Assembly: GCA_023511295.1 (NCBI GenBank) | Contig: JAIMBT010000019.1 | Span: forward strand, 4,241 to 68,240 | DNA from: Alicyclobacillus sp. | Lineage (GTDB): Bacteria > Bacillota > Bacilli > Alicyclobacillales > Alicyclobacillaceae | Reading direction: 5' to 3' | Length of the DNA: 64,000 nt | In this document: piece by piece, positions 7,741-17,558 of the stretch | How positions within the stretch are numbered: position 1 is the stretch's first letter | Layout: each line of letters opens with the position of its first letter | The notes under the pieces: model-generated | What the model was told of the DNA's origin: nothing | The model's input: only the letters and a program-made list of their open reading frames with translations | Databases searched by the model: none | Position numbers and translations under genes: made by a program

Positions 7741-9217
7741 CGCGGGTTCCCTCCTCTTGCCTTCGCGCGTCGCCATCCTCCGATGTTCTTGATCCGCCAC
7801 TGGGCCCGTGGAGCGTCTGCCGCAGTTCACCCCAACGCGCACGGAACGACCGGGGGGCCACCGCCGGGGCGTAGCGAGTGGCTGTCCACGCGCTGAGCGG
7901 ACCGACGCCGTTCGCAATGCCGCCGTCCTGAACGAGTGGGCGCTGCAGGACCCGTGCTGTGCCAAACGCCAGACGGTAACGCCGGTGGTTGGCGAAGGCC
8001 ACGCGGTAGGCATGGAAAGCGGATTTTTCCAGCGCGGGCGTCCTGCCGGTTGCAGCCCGCCGTTGGCGGAGCCGAACGAGCATGTCGTGCAGCGGGATCT
8101 TGACGGGGCACGCTTCGGCGCACGCACCGCAGAGGCTGGAAGCGTAGGGCAGGTCCGCATACGTCTCGTCCTGTTGGAGCAACGGCGTCAACACAGCGCC
8201 AATCGGCCCCGGGTAGACGGACCCGTAAGCATGCCCCCCTATCTGCCGGTAGACAGGGCAGACGTTGAGACAGGCGCCGCAGCGGATACAGTGCAGGACG
8301 GCCTGAAAGTGCGGGTCTCCGAGTTGACGGGATCGGCCGTTGTCCAACACCACGACGTGCAGCTCCTCAGGGCCGTCGAGGTCCCCTCGCCTTCGCGGGC
8401 CCGTGATCATCGACAGGTAAGCGGTCAGCGGCTGACCCGTGGCGCTACGCGGCAACAGGTTGGCGAACACCTCGAGGTCCTCGAGCGTGGGCAGCAGGCG
8501 CTCCATCCCCATCAGGACGATGTGCGTCTTCGGCAGGTTCGCGACCATGTCTGCATTACCCTCGTTCGTAAACAGGACCACGGTCCCCGTTTCGGCAATC
8601 CCGAAGTTGCACCCCGTGATGCCGATGTCCGCGGCCAGGAACTTCTGGCGAAGGCGCTGCCGGGCGAATCCGGCGAGGGTCTTGGTGTCGGTCGTGAGCT
8701 GCTCGCCCCCGGCCGCTGTGAACAGGTCGCGGATCTGCGCGCGGGTTTTGTGAATCGCCGGGATGATGATGTGCGACGGGGTCTCGTTCGCCAATTGAAC
8801 GATGTATTCGCCAAGGTCCGTTTCCACGACTTCTATCCCCGCGTTCTGCAGGTGGTGGTTGATGTGAACCTCCTCGGAGACCATCGACTTGGACTTCACG
8901 ACGGAACGCGCACCTTTGCCGCGCGCGATGGACAGCACCACCTCGACCGCTTCCGCCGCATCGGATGCGAAATGCACATGGCCGCCGGCTTGGCGCACGC
9001 GGTCCGCGAACTGGGCGAGGTAGGAGTCCAGGTTGGCAATGGTATGGGCCCGGATGGCCTGACCGCGTTCGCGCCAGGATTCCCAGTTGCCGAGTTGCTC
9101 CGTGCTCACCTGCTTCTTGCCTCTCAACCGGTCGGCGGTGAACCGCACCGCCTGGCGCAGGAAGTCGTCCTCCAGGGCGCTTTGAGCTCGCTCCGAGATG
9201 CCGCTTTGTGCCGTCAT
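7733..9217 (-). CDS. lutB: Lactate utilization iron-sulfur protein B
   Basis: Trimmed to ATG 9215-9217 (MTAQSGISERAQ...). Two ferredoxin-type Cys clusters (CIRCGACLNVCP, CGACAEACP). ATGA overlap with lutA. Confidence 0.9.
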   Translation of the reverse strand: MTAQSGISERAQSALEDDFLRQAVRFTADRLRGKKQVSTEQLGNWESWRERGQAIRAHTIANLDSYLAQFADRVRQAGGHVHFASDAAEAVEVVLSIARGKGARSVVKSKSMVSEEVHINHHLQNAGIEVVETDLGEYIVQLANETPSHIIIPAIHKTRAQIRDLFTAAGGEQLTTDTKTLAGFARQRLRQKFLAADIGITGCNFGIAETGTVVLFTNEGNADMVANLPKTHIVLMGMERLLPTLEDLEVFANLLPRSATGQPLTAYLSMITGPRRRGDLDGPEELHVVVLDNGRSRQLGDPHFQAVLHCIRCGACLNVCPVYRQIGGHAYGSVYPGPIGAVLTPLLQQDETYADLPYASSLCGACAEACPVKIPLHDMLVRLRQRRAATGRTPALEKSAFHAYRVAFANHRRYRLAFGTARVLQRPLVQDGGIANGVGPLSAWTATRYAPAVAPRSFRARWGELRQTLHGPSGGSRTSEDGDARRQEEGTRDA

Positions 9218-9966
9218 TGTGTGACCCCGCTTTCGTCGGCCGCTTGCATGCCTTCCCACAGCAGCTCGGCCAAGTGCAGGACGCGAACGGGTTGTCCCAA
9301 CTTGCGCAGCCGACCTCCGATGTTCATCAGACAACCCATGTCTGTGCCGACGAGCACCTCGGCGCCTGTGGCGCACACGTGCTCCACCTTCTCCGTTACC
9401 ATAGCGCCCGAGATGCCGCCCATCTTGACGGCGAACGTGCCGCCGAATCCGCAGCAATCTTCGGCGTACGGCAGGTCGACCAGTTCGAGGCCTCGCACGG
9501 CTCGCAGCAACTGCAGCGGCTCGTCGCGCACACCGAGCAGCCGGCTTCCGTGGCAGGAGGGGTGGAAGGTGACCCGGTGCGGGAAGTACGCGCCAAGGTC
9601 TGGGCGATTCAGGAGACGCACGAGGAACTGGGAGAATTCGAACGTCTTCGCGGCCACCGCCTCAGCCTGCTCCCGCAGGGCCGGGTCGTCTGCGAACAGG
9701 TCTGCGTACCAATGGCGGATCATACCCGCACACGACCCTGAAGGAGACACGACGACGTCGCTCTCTGCAAACGCGCGCAGCAGCGTCCGCGCAACCTCCC
9801 GCGCCTCGTCTGTGTAACCGCTGTTGAAGGCGGGCTGTCCGCAGCACGTCTGTTCAGGCGGGAAGTCGACCGTCACCCCGCAACGGTCGAGGATACGGAC
9901 CATCGCCTCGCCCACCTGCGGAAAGAATTGATCGACGAGGCAGGTGACAAACAGTGAGGCCTTCAT
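9214..9966 (-). CDS. lutA: Lactate utilization protein A (CCG-domain Fe-S oxidoreductase)
   Basis: Trimmed to ATG 9964-9966 (MKASLFVTCLVDQFFPQVG...). Contains the CCG motifs (TCCGQP, DCCGFGG). Confidence 0.9.
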   Translation of the reverse strand: MKASLFVTCLVDQFFPQVGEAMVRILDRCGVTVDFPPEQTCCGQPAFNSGYTDEAREVARTLLRAFAESDVVVSPSGSCAGMIRHWYADLFADDPALREQAEAVAAKTFEFSQFLVRLLNRPDLGAYFPHRVTFHPSCHGSRLLGVRDEPLQLLRAVRGLELVDLPYAEDCCGFGGTFAVKMGGISGAMVTEKVEHVCATGAEVLVGTDMGCLMNIGGRLRKLGQPVRVLHLAELLWEGMQAADESGVTQ

Positions 9967-11144
9967 CGCTTCGGCACCGCCGTTCGGTTTGTGACGAAAT
10001 CTGGGCCGATATCGGTATATCGGGGGTATCCAGCGAGTGCCATCTCCAGGTCGAGTTCCGCCCGGAGGTGCAACAGCCAGGTCTCGATTGCGGCCGCCCC
10101 GCCGGCAGCCAGTGCGTACGCGTAGGGTCGGCCGATGAGGACGGCGTTTGCGCCGACGGCTTTTGCCTTGAGGATGTCGGCAGCGGTGCGGACGCCGCTG
10201 TCCATCAGGAGCAAGGGCTCTGGGCCGAGGGCTTCGCGGATCTCCGCCAGTGCGTCCAGGGTCGCGACCGCACCGTCCACCTGACGTCCGCCGTGGTTGG
10301 ACACGATGACGCCGTCCGCGCCAGCGTCCAAGGCCATTCGGGCATCCTCCGGGTGGGTGATGCCCTTTATCAACATCGGCAATCGCGTGGTGTTGCGGAT
10401 GCGTCGCAGGTCGGACCAAGTGAATGCGGGGTTGACGTACACGTCGAGGAACGCCTCGACTGCGGCGGCCGGGTCGTCCTCCGGGCGCGTCGCCAGGCGG
10501 GATTGAAAAACTGGATCAGTCCGAAAGTTGGCGATGCCCTCCCCTTGCAGGAAAGGGAGATACGCGTTGCGAAGGTCACTCATCCGCCACCCAAGCATGG
10601 TGGTGTCCACGGTCACCACGAGTGCACCGTAACCGGCCGCCTCCGCGCGGTGGACAAAGCTGTCGACGATGGCGGGGTCCTTTCCCGGATAGAGCTGAAA
10701 CCATCGCGGCGCGTCGCCCATTTCGTGCGCAATCTGCTCCATCGACAGCGAGGAGACGGTGCTGACGATGAACGGGACGCCGTGTCGGGCGGCCACGCGC
10801 GCTGGTGCGGCTTCCGCGTCAGGATGGAGGATGGACTGCACGCCGATGGGCGCGAACAGGAAGGGAAGTGGATAACGGACGCCGAGAAGCTGGATGGACA
10901 GGTCCCGATCTGCGACGTTTCGCAGCATCCGCGGGCGCAGGAACCGTTGCTGGAACGCCCGGCGGTTGCTCGCCATCGTCTCCTCAGCCCCAGCGGCCCC
11001 TTCGAGGTATCCCCATGGGCCCGGCGCCAACGTCTGACGGGCTCGCTCGCGCCACGTCTCCCAGGATAGCGGTTCGTCATACGTCTTGCCTTCCAGCATC
11101 CGGCGGTAGATCTGGAGTTGGGCGTCGAGTCCGTACGTGGTCAT
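9963..11144 (-). CDS. FMN-dependent alpha-hydroxy acid oxidase/dehydrogenase (L-lactate oxidase / lactate 2-monooxygenase-like)
   Basis: Trimmed to ATG 11142-11144 (MTTYGLDAQLQIYRR...). Family motifs are ...VSNHGGRQVDG... and ...LMDSGVRTAADILKA.... ATGA overlap with the lutA start. Confidence 0.85.
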   Translation of the reverse strand: MTTYGLDAQLQIYRRMLEGKTYDEPLSWETWRERARQTLAPGPWGYLEGAAGAEETMASNRRAFQQRFLRPRMLRNVADRDLSIQLLGVRYPLPFLFAPIGVQSILHPDAEAAPARVAARHGVPFIVSTVSSLSMEQIAHEMGDAPRWFQLYPGKDPAIVDSFVHRAEAAGYGALVVTVDTTMLGWRMSDLRNAYLPFLQGEGIANFRTDPVFQSRLATRPEDDPAAAVEAFLDVYVNPAFTWSDLRRIRNTTRLPMLIKGITHPEDARMALDAGADGVIVSNHGGRQVDGAVATLDALAEIREALGPEPLLLMDSGVRTAADILKAKAVGANAVLIGRPYAYALAAGGAAAIETWLLHLRAELDLEMALAGYPRYTDIGPDFVTNRTAVPKR

Positions 11145-11179
11145 TTGGTTCCGCCTCGCATTGCTTCGTATTTTCCAAC

Positions 11180-11188
11180 AATATACCA
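11180..11188 (-). promoter_or_regulatory. Extended -10 element (TGGTATATT on the minus strand), candidate promoter of the lactate operon
   Basis: Reverse complement of AATATACCA, about 36 nt upstream of the start at 11144, in the 67-nt gap after proC. Confidence 0.35.
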
Positions 11189-11211
11189 CAGACGGCGGGG
11201 ATGGGCGGCGG

Positions 11212-12027
11212 TCAGGGTTCGCTGTACATCTGCCCCATTTCGGTGGCGCGCCGCGCAGCAGCCTGAAGAGCATCGTCGACGGTCGCGGCGAGTTGGTGTG
11301 CGGTGAACACCTGCATCCCGGCGTGCGTGGTACCGTTCGGCGAGGTGACGCGGCGGCGGAGTTCGTGTGGACTGAGTCCCCACTCCTCGAGGACGCGGGC
11401 CGTTCCCACCACGGTCTGCAACAGCAGCTTGCGTGCGGTGGATGCGTCGATGCCGAGTCGCACGGCCGCGTCCTCCATGGCCTCCAGGAAGTAGCTCACG
11501 AATCCAGGGCCGCTCCCGGAAAAGGCTGTGGCGGCGTCCATCAAGTGCTCCTCGAGCTCGACCACGATGCCCGTCTGTTCGAGGAGGAAACGGACGTAGG
11601 CGAGGTCGTCGGCGGTAACCACTGGGCTTGCGGACATCGCGGTCGCCCCGGCCAGTACGGCCATCGGTAGGTTCGGCATCGTGCGCACGACCTTGGCTCG
11701 GCCGTCGGTGGCGTCTTCGAGCCAGCGGATGGGGACACCTGCCGCGAACGACAGAAGGACCTGCCCGTCGAGGTACGGCAGCACCTGCGTGATGGCCGCC
11801 TGCGCATCGGCTGGTTTCGCAGCGAGGACGACGACGCGGGCCTGGGCGGCGTCCTCAGGTCGTCCTGGCCGTACGCCGTACTCCGCCTGCAGTTGAGACA
11901 GTCGATCTCGGTTGGAGCGATTCATCACCAGAATGTCAGACGCCGGGACGGCCTCGCGCGAGACCAGGCCGCGGATGAACGCCTCCGCCATGGATCCGGC
12001 GCCGAGCAGAAACAGTGAATGTGCCAT
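11212..12027 (-). CDS. proC: Pyrroline-5-carboxylate reductase
   Basis: 271 aa. N-terminal Rossmann motif LFLLGAGSMAEA and the C-terminal ...SPNGTTHAG... signature. RBS GGGAGGGAG. Confidence 0.9.
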   Translation of the reverse strand: MAHSLFLLGAGSMAEAFIRGLVSREAVPASDILVMNRSNRDRLSQLQAEYGVRPGRPEDAAQARVVVLAAKPADAQAAITQVLPYLDGQVLLSFAAGVPIRWLEDATDGRAKVVRTMPNLPMAVLAGATAMSASPVVTADDLAYVRFLLEQTGIVVELEEHLMDAATAFSGSGPGFVSYFLEAMEDAAVRLGIDASTARKLLLQTVVGTARVLEEWGLSPHELRRRVTSPNGTTHAGMQVFTAHQLAATVDDALQAAARRATEMGQMYSEP

Positions 12028-12252
12028 GGAATCTCCCTCCCGCCGGATGATTTGCTCGTGATTTTCTCACGACGAGCGGGGAAAGTCCACCGTGCGGTTA
12101 CGATGATGTGTCTCCGCCGAGTCCTGTCGGTGCACATAGCGGCCGCCGCGGAAAAAGGAGACCACCTAGGCACAATTGCGCCATGCGCTGTATGATATTG
12201 GGGAGCGTTGTCGCGTGTGAGGGGATGAGACGAAAGGCGGAGGGAGCGCGGG

Positions 12253-14457
12253 ATGTACAACCCAGAGGTACACATACAGGAACCGGCGTCTTCGTGGATC
12301 CCCGACCCTGAGCGGACGCGGAGCGTTCTGCGCTCCTCCGGGATAGGGGTGTGGGAACTGAACCTGTGCAGGCTCGATTCCGCATGGACGCCGGAGACCT
12401 TCGAGCTGTTCGGGATGGAGCCGGCGGACCGCCTGGTGGCGTTGCCAGAGATCTTAGCGCGCATCCACCCAGCGGACGTTACGCGGGTGCAGGCAGCGGT
12501 GGATGTCGCCCGGGTGGTCCCAATTGACCTGGAGTACCGGATTCTCCTCGACTGCGGCGCGACGCGGCACGTGCGCTCCAGGATGGTATCGGACGGACGG
12601 CACAGGCCGGGTACCGTGACAGGCATTATCGAGGATATCACGGAACGGCGCACGTTGGAGAGACAACTGCGCGAAGGCCAAGAACGCTACGAGTCACTCA
12701 AGAAGTACAACCCGAACGGGATTTGTTCGTTGGACCTACATGGACAGATCACCGACGCCAACCAGGCCTTTGAGCGCATGACCGGCTACACGCTCGATGA
12801 GTGGCGGTGTCTCCCGCTGTTCAACACGCTTTTTCTGCCACAGGACGCCGAGTGGGCGGAAGCGGCCTTCTTCAATCGCTTGGTCGAGAACGTGGAGACA
12901 AGGGTGCGGCATCGCGACGGGCACACCACCGACGTCGCGGTGACCAGCGTACCAATGGTCGTCGACGGGCGGCGCATCGGCTTCTACATCATGCTGCAGG
13001 ACATTTCACAGCGTAAGCGGGTGGAGTGCGAGTTGCGGACCACGCAGCGGCTCTACCAAATGATCTCGATGAACGCACTCGACGTGATTGCGCGCAGTGA
13101 CGCGAGTGGCAGGGTCATCTACATCTCCCCGTCTGTCACGCCGGTGTTGGGTTACCGACCAGAAGAATTGGTTGGGCAGGAGTTCAGCCACTTGTTCCAT
13201 CCCGAGGACTGGCCAACGGTGGCAGCACTCGGTGAACGCCTCGTCGCAGGGGAGGACGTCGAGCGCTTTACCGCCCGCGTCGTCACCAAGGACGGCGGGC
13301 TACGGTGGTGTGAGACCACCCTGCGCGTCGCGCGAGACCTCTCGGGTCGGTTGCTCGAGGTGGTTGGCGTCAGTCGCGATGTGTCGGAGACCATCCAGTT
13401 GCGCGAGTCGTTCGAACATGCGGCAGAAATCGCACGGCTCGGGCACTGGACCTGGGACGCCGAAACCCACTCCCTGTCCCTGTCCAGGCAGATGTGCGTC
13501 AACCTGGGATTGCCGGCAGAGACCGGTACCTTGACGGCGAAGCGATTGCGCCCCATCGTCCACCCCGAAGACCTGCCCGGCGTCGTGTCGGACTTTCGCG
13601 AAGTCATCCGCGCCGGGGACACGTTTCACCGCGTCCTTCGCGTCCTCCTCCCGGACGGGGCGGTTCGCTACCTCGAGTGTCAAGGCGAAGTGATGCGCGG
13701 CGGTGAAGGCGAGGTGGTTCGCGTCATGGGCACGACACAGGACGTGACGGATCGAAAACAGGCGGAAGAGACCATCATGAAGGCGGAGAAGCTGTCTGCG
13801 GTCGGGCAGTTGGCCGCTGGTATCGCGCACGAAATTCGCAACCCGCTGACAGCGCTCAAGGGATTCACACAGCTCTTGGCCAAGCGGGCAGATACCGATT
13901 CGCAGCGGTACTTCCGCATCATGCAGGACGAGTTGAGTCGGATTGAACGGATTGTGAACGAGATGCTCTTGCTGGCCAAGCCGCAGGCGACGGCCTACCG
14001 GGTCCTCCACCTTCAGCCCCTCGTCGCCGAGGTGGTCGCGCTGCTGGAGCCGGAGGCGCTGATGAACGGTGTCCACGTGCACATTGCAGATGCACCGGCA
14101 TTGCCTCCGGTGGAGGGTGACCCCGGGCAGTTGAAGCAGGTGTGGATCAACATCGTCAAAAACGCCATCGAAGCAATGCCGGGCGGCGGTCACGTCGACG
14201 TGAGGTGCGGCACGGATCCCACGGTTCGTGAAGCATGGGTGGAAGTGGCGGATGACGGGCCGGGGATAGCAGCGGATCGACTTTCGCAACTGGGTACGCC
14301 GTTTTTCTCGACGAAAGAGAAGGGCACGGGGCTCGGCATGATGGTGAGCCGGCGCATCGTCGAGCAGCACGCCGGGCGCCTGGAGGTGCAGAGCGCGGTG
14401 GGGGTCGGGACCACTGTGCGCGTCACCCTGCCCGCCTACCGAGGTACAGGGGCGTAG
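12253..14457 (+). CDS. Multi-PAS sensor histidine kinase, sporulation-kinase (KinA) type, no adjacent response regulator
   Basis: 734 aa. Several PAS-like repeats, then the H-box AGIAHEIRNPLTALKGFTQLL and an HATPase region (N, G1 and G2 boxes: NIVKNAIEAM, DDGPGI, GTGLGM). Confidence 0.9.
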   Translation: MYNPEVHIQEPASSWIPDPERTRSVLRSSGIGVWELNLCRLDSAWTPETFELFGMEPADRLVALPEILARIHPADVTRVQAAVDVARVVPIDLEYRILLDCGATRHVRSRMVSDGRHRPGTVTGIIEDITERRTLERQLREGQERYESLKKYNPNGICSLDLHGQITDANQAFERMTGYTLDEWRCLPLFNTLFLPQDAEWAEAAFFNRLVENVETRVRHRDGHTTDVAVTSVPMVVDGRRIGFYIMLQDISQRKRVECELRTTQRLYQMISMNALDVIARSDASGRVIYISPSVTPVLGYRPEELVGQEFSHLFHPEDWPTVAALGERLVAGEDVERFTARVVTKDGGLRWCETTLRVARDLSGRLLEVVGVSRDVSETIQLRESFEHAAEIARLGHWTWDAETHSLSLSRQMCVNLGLPAETGTLTAKRLRPIVHPEDLPGVVSDFREVIRAGDTFHRVLRVLLPDGAVRYLECQGEVMRGGEGEVVRVMGTTQDVTDRKQAEETIMKAEKLSAVGQLAAGIAHEIRNPLTALKGFTQLLAKRADTDSQRYFRIMQDELSRIERIVNEMLLLAKPQATAYRVLHLQPLVAEVVALLEPEALMNGVHVHIADAPALPPVEGDPGQLKQVWINIVKNAIEAMPGGGHVDVRCGTDPTVREAWVEVADDGPGIAADRLSQLGTPFFSTKEKGTGLGMMVSRRIVEQHAGRLEVQSAVGVGTTVRVTLPAYRGTGA

Positions 14458-16040
14458 CCGAACGCGTCCCGTAACGCCTTGTCCTTGCGCGCAATCACCT
14501 GGTCGATGGTTTCAATGTAGGCCTTTGGCTCGCGCGGGTTGGGGACGCGGCCATAGATCTTGCCGCCTGGGCCAATCAGTTTCGTGACCGCTCCGCCCCC
14601 AATTCCGACGATGGTCTGGCGCTCTTCCATGATGCAGACGTTGTAGATGCCTTCCTTCCCCGGCTCTGCAAACCCCACGTTCTCCATGTTGCCGAGGATG
14701 TCCCGCTGGCGGTAGGCGTAGTACGGGCGGTAGCCCTGCGCTGCCGCCCAGGCGTGCGCCTCCTCCACCATCTGGCGGATTTCCGGCGACTCGGCGATGA
14801 CAAATTGGTCGCGTTCCGTCTTGACGACGGCGGACCGCTTCAGCGCCAGCGTGTGGACGGTGACACTTTCGGGGTGCAGCCGCTCGAGGCGCTCCAAGGT
14901 GTAGCGCACGTCGTCGATGGTCTCGCCCGGGAGTCCGATGATCAGGTCCATGTTGATGTTGTCGAAGCCAGCGGATCGAACGTGATGGAACCGGCGGTCC
15001 ACCATGTCGGGCGTATGCCCGCGCCGGATCTCCCGAAGCGTGCTGGCTTTGAAGGTCTGCGGGTTGACGCTGATGCGGTCGACGCCGTAGCGCTTCATCA
15101 CCTGGACGCGGTCCGGCGTGATGGTGTCTGGTCGCCCCGCTTCGACGGTGAATTCGCGCCATGCGCCTGGGTTTGGGATCTCGCGAAACATCGTGTCGAG
15201 CAGCCGGTCGAGTTCCGCTGCACGCAGGCTCGTCGGGGTTCCGCCGCCGAGGTACACGGTGGTCACAGGCAGGTTGTGCTCGCGCAGAAAGGTGCCGAGA
15301 TGCTGCAGCTCCCGCTCCATCGCCTGGAGGAACCCATCCACATAGTGCGCTTTGTCGACCATGGAGTAGGCCGGGAAGGTGCAGTATGCGCAGTGCGTGG
15401 GACAGAACGGAATCCCCACGTAGACGCTCACTTCCCGGTCCAGATGGTACAGGTCTGGTACAATCTCTCGCTCCACCTGGGCGATGCGGGCCATCAACTC
15501 GGCTCGGTCGGCACGTACCTCATAGGCCTCTTGCAGATAGCGTTGCAGTTCCAGCCGTTCACTTTGGGTCAGCGCTCGACCCGTGGCGGCCCCCGGTTGG
15601 GCTTTCTCCCACTCCTCCAACCAGCGATGCGCCACCTTCAGCGGCCGAATGCCCGTGAGGATCCCCCACGGTTGGCCCGCACCGCTGTACGTTCGGAACA
15701 ACTGGTGCAGGACGTGCGTCACCACACGTTTACCAAGGCGACGAAGGGTGGTCTCATCCGCGTCGGCCGGTGTGCGCACGCTGTGGTTGGCGGACAGCAC
15801 CTCGTCCTGGGGCTGGCCGTCCGATGCACCACGTACGAGTGTTCCATGCGCCGAAACCGAATCGCTGGTCCGGCGCAAACAAACGGTTGCGTGCAGGCCC
15901 CCTGGCTCAACCGGTGCATCTTCCGTGGTGGGTGAATCCGGCGAATGAAGCGAAACGCGTGCGCCCTCCCAGAACAGCTGCACCATCTCCGTGACCTCTC
16001 TCGGATAACTGAACCCGTCCATTGTCACCTGTACGTGCAT
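14436..16040 (-). CDS. hemZ: Radical SAM coproporphyrinogen dehydrogenase-like protein, HemZ type
   Basis: 534 aa. Radical-SAM motif GIPFCPTHCAYCTF follows a long N-terminal extension, as in HemZ rather than HemN. The 3' end overlaps the kinase 3' end by 22 nt. Confidence 0.75.
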   Translation of the reverse strand: MHVQVTMDGFSYPREVTEMVQLFWEGARVSLHSPDSPTTEDAPVEPGGLHATVCLRRTSDSVSAHGTLVRGASDGQPQDEVLSANHSVRTPADADETTLRRLGKRVVTHVLHQLFRTYSGAGQPWGILTGIRPLKVAHRWLEEWEKAQPGAATGRALTQSERLELQRYLQEAYEVRADRAELMARIAQVEREIVPDLYHLDREVSVYVGIPFCPTHCAYCTFPAYSMVDKAHYVDGFLQAMERELQHLGTFLREHNLPVTTVYLGGGTPTSLRAAELDRLLDTMFREIPNPGAWREFTVEAGRPDTITPDRVQVMKRYGVDRISVNPQTFKASTLREIRRGHTPDMVDRRFHHVRSAGFDNINMDLIIGLPGETIDDVRYTLERLERLHPESVTVHTLALKRSAVVKTERDQFVIAESPEIRQMVEEAHAWAAAQGYRPYYAYRQRDILGNMENVGFAEPGKEGIYNVCIMEERQTIVGIGGGAVTKLIGPGGKIYGRVPNPREPKAYIETIDQVIARKDKALRDAFGYAPVPR

Positions 16041-16158
16041 GTGCGTCCTGCCTCCACTTCACGTTGTTCCGCCCCGTGCTTGAGGCACTCCTTCCAGTAT
16101 GCCATAGCGGGGGCGGACCTGCCCATCTGTGCGTTGCTGGGAGGTTCATGGTCGGGGC

Positions 16159-16195
16159 AAAAAAAGATGGGAGAAGGGACCCCGTCCCTTCTCCC
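16159..16195 (-). terminator. Rho-independent terminator of the sugar ABC operon
   Basis: On the minus strand, a 12-bp perfect stem GGGAGAAGGGAC/GTCCCTTCTCCC with a 3-nt loop is followed within a few nt by T7 (A7 at 16159-16165 on plus). It lies 14 nt after the stop at 16209. Confidence 0.8.
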
Positions 16196-16208
16196 AAAGG
16201 AATACCGT

Positions 16209-17558
16209 TTACTTGAAGTACCACGATACGGTCTGTTGAATCTTGTCCGCAGCCTGCTGGGGCGTGAGCTTGTTGGTGAGGAGTGGAAGCAGCACGGCCT
16301 GTTCGGCTGAAAAGATGCCGTTGAGATTGTTCGCCGAGTTCTTCGACTGTTTGTTGATTGGCGTCGGGGGCGGCGTGTCCATTGGGCTGCGGATTCCAAA
16401 CAGGGGCGTGATGGGAACCGACTGGTACCATTTGTACGCCTGAACGGACAGCGGGTATTTGGACGGTACCTGAACGCCGGCAATCGGAGAAATCTCGCCC
16501 GCGATGTCGGTGAAGGCCTGCCCAAATTGCTTGGTAGCTGTGAAGGCAATCACCTTTTCGGCTGCGTTCTTCTCAGCTGCATTCGAGATGGCGCTGTTCA
16601 TGCAGATGTCGCCGTCAACGTACCAGTCAATCTTTGCTTGTCCATTGGCATTGTCGGGCGGAATCAGGAACGCTCCCAAGTTCAGTTTCGGGTTGTACTG
16701 CTCAATCGTCGGTACGTCGAAAATACCGTCCATCACCATGGCCGACTTACCCAACGCAAACTGGGTCTCCTGTTCATTTCCTGCTGAGCCGACGGCTTGG
16801 AAGTTTGGTTCGAAGTACGGCGCTAGAGATTGATACTTCTGCAGCGCATCGACAAACGGTGGATCATTGTACTTGGCCTGTTTGTCGACGAGTTGTTGGG
16901 CGAAGGTGTTGCCGATGGTGCTCGCAGCAACTTCGTCAAAGTTCAGTGCCTGCATCCAACCTTGAATCCCCATTGTGTACAACGGTGTTACACCGTTTTG
17001 CTTGAGGGTTTTACAGATGTTGATAAAGTCATTCCAAGTTTTTGGTGGTTGTAAGTTGTACTTTGCGAAGATGTCCTTGTTGTAGAACACCTCCATGGTT
17101 TGGATGGCAAACGGCACACCGTAGGTCTTCCCGTTCAACTGCGCGGTCTGAAGCGCGCCCTTGTTGATGCCGGACAGGTTCGCAATGTTGTCGAGCGGCT
17201 CGATCATATTTGCTGCGGCGTACTGTAGGGTTCCTTCACCCGCTCGGCCATAGAAGATGTCGGGACCTTTCCCTCCGTCCATGGCGGTCTGAAGAACGGA
17301 GTCATAGCTGGTCGCGTTGATAGCGCGGAATTGGATGTTGATATTGTCTCCTTGAGCTTGTAGATCTTGTTGAACGGTCTTCCACAGGTTGGCGTCCTGG
17401 GAACGCCACGACCAGACGGTGACTGTCTGCGCGGCACCGCTTCCAGATGAGGCGTTGCCCGTCCCCCCAGAGCTGCCGGTTCCGCAGCCAGCGAGCAGCC
17501 CGGTCAGTGCGGCCCCTGCTGCGGCTGTAGAAAGGATTGCACGCTTACGTTTGTCCAC
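16209..17558 (-). CDS. Extracellular solute-binding lipoprotein, family 1 (CUT1 sugar ABC transporter)
   Basis: Track ORF trimmed to GTG 17556-17558, 7 nt after GAGGGGG. Lipoprotein signal VDKRKRAILSTAAAGAALTGLLAGCG. Sequence is typical of family-1 SBPs. Confidence 0.85.
   Translation of the reverse strand: MDKRKRAILSTAAAGAALTGLLAGCGTGSSGGTGNASSGSGAAQTVTVWSWRSQDANLWKTVQQDLQAQGDNINIQFRAINATSYDSVLQTAMDGGKGPDIFYGRAGEGTLQYAAANMIEPLDNIANLSGINKGALQTAQLNGKTYGVPFAIQTMEVFYNKDIFAKYNLQPPKTWNDFINICKTLKQNGVTPLYTMGIQGWMQALNFDEVAASTIGNTFAQQLVDKQAKYNDPPFVDALQKYQSLAPYFEPNFQAVGSAGNEQETQFALGKSAMVMDGIFDVPTIEQYNPKLNLGAFLIPPDNANGQAKIDWYVDGDICMNSAISNAAEKNAAEKVIAFTATKQFGQAFTDIAGEISPIAGVQVPSKYPLSVQAYKWYQSVPITPLFGIRSPMDTPPPTPINKQSKNSANNLNGIFSAEQAVLLPLLTNKLTPQQAADKIQQTVSWYFK

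Noticed and set aside
12028-12252. T-box or other leader RNA upstream of proC (proline genes carry T-boxes in Bacillus).
   Set aside because: Reading the minus-strand leader, I found no AGAGA or GNUGGNA-type T-box sequence, no specifier-loop architecture and no terminator with a U-tract. Only a weak CGGTGGAC resemblance was seen.
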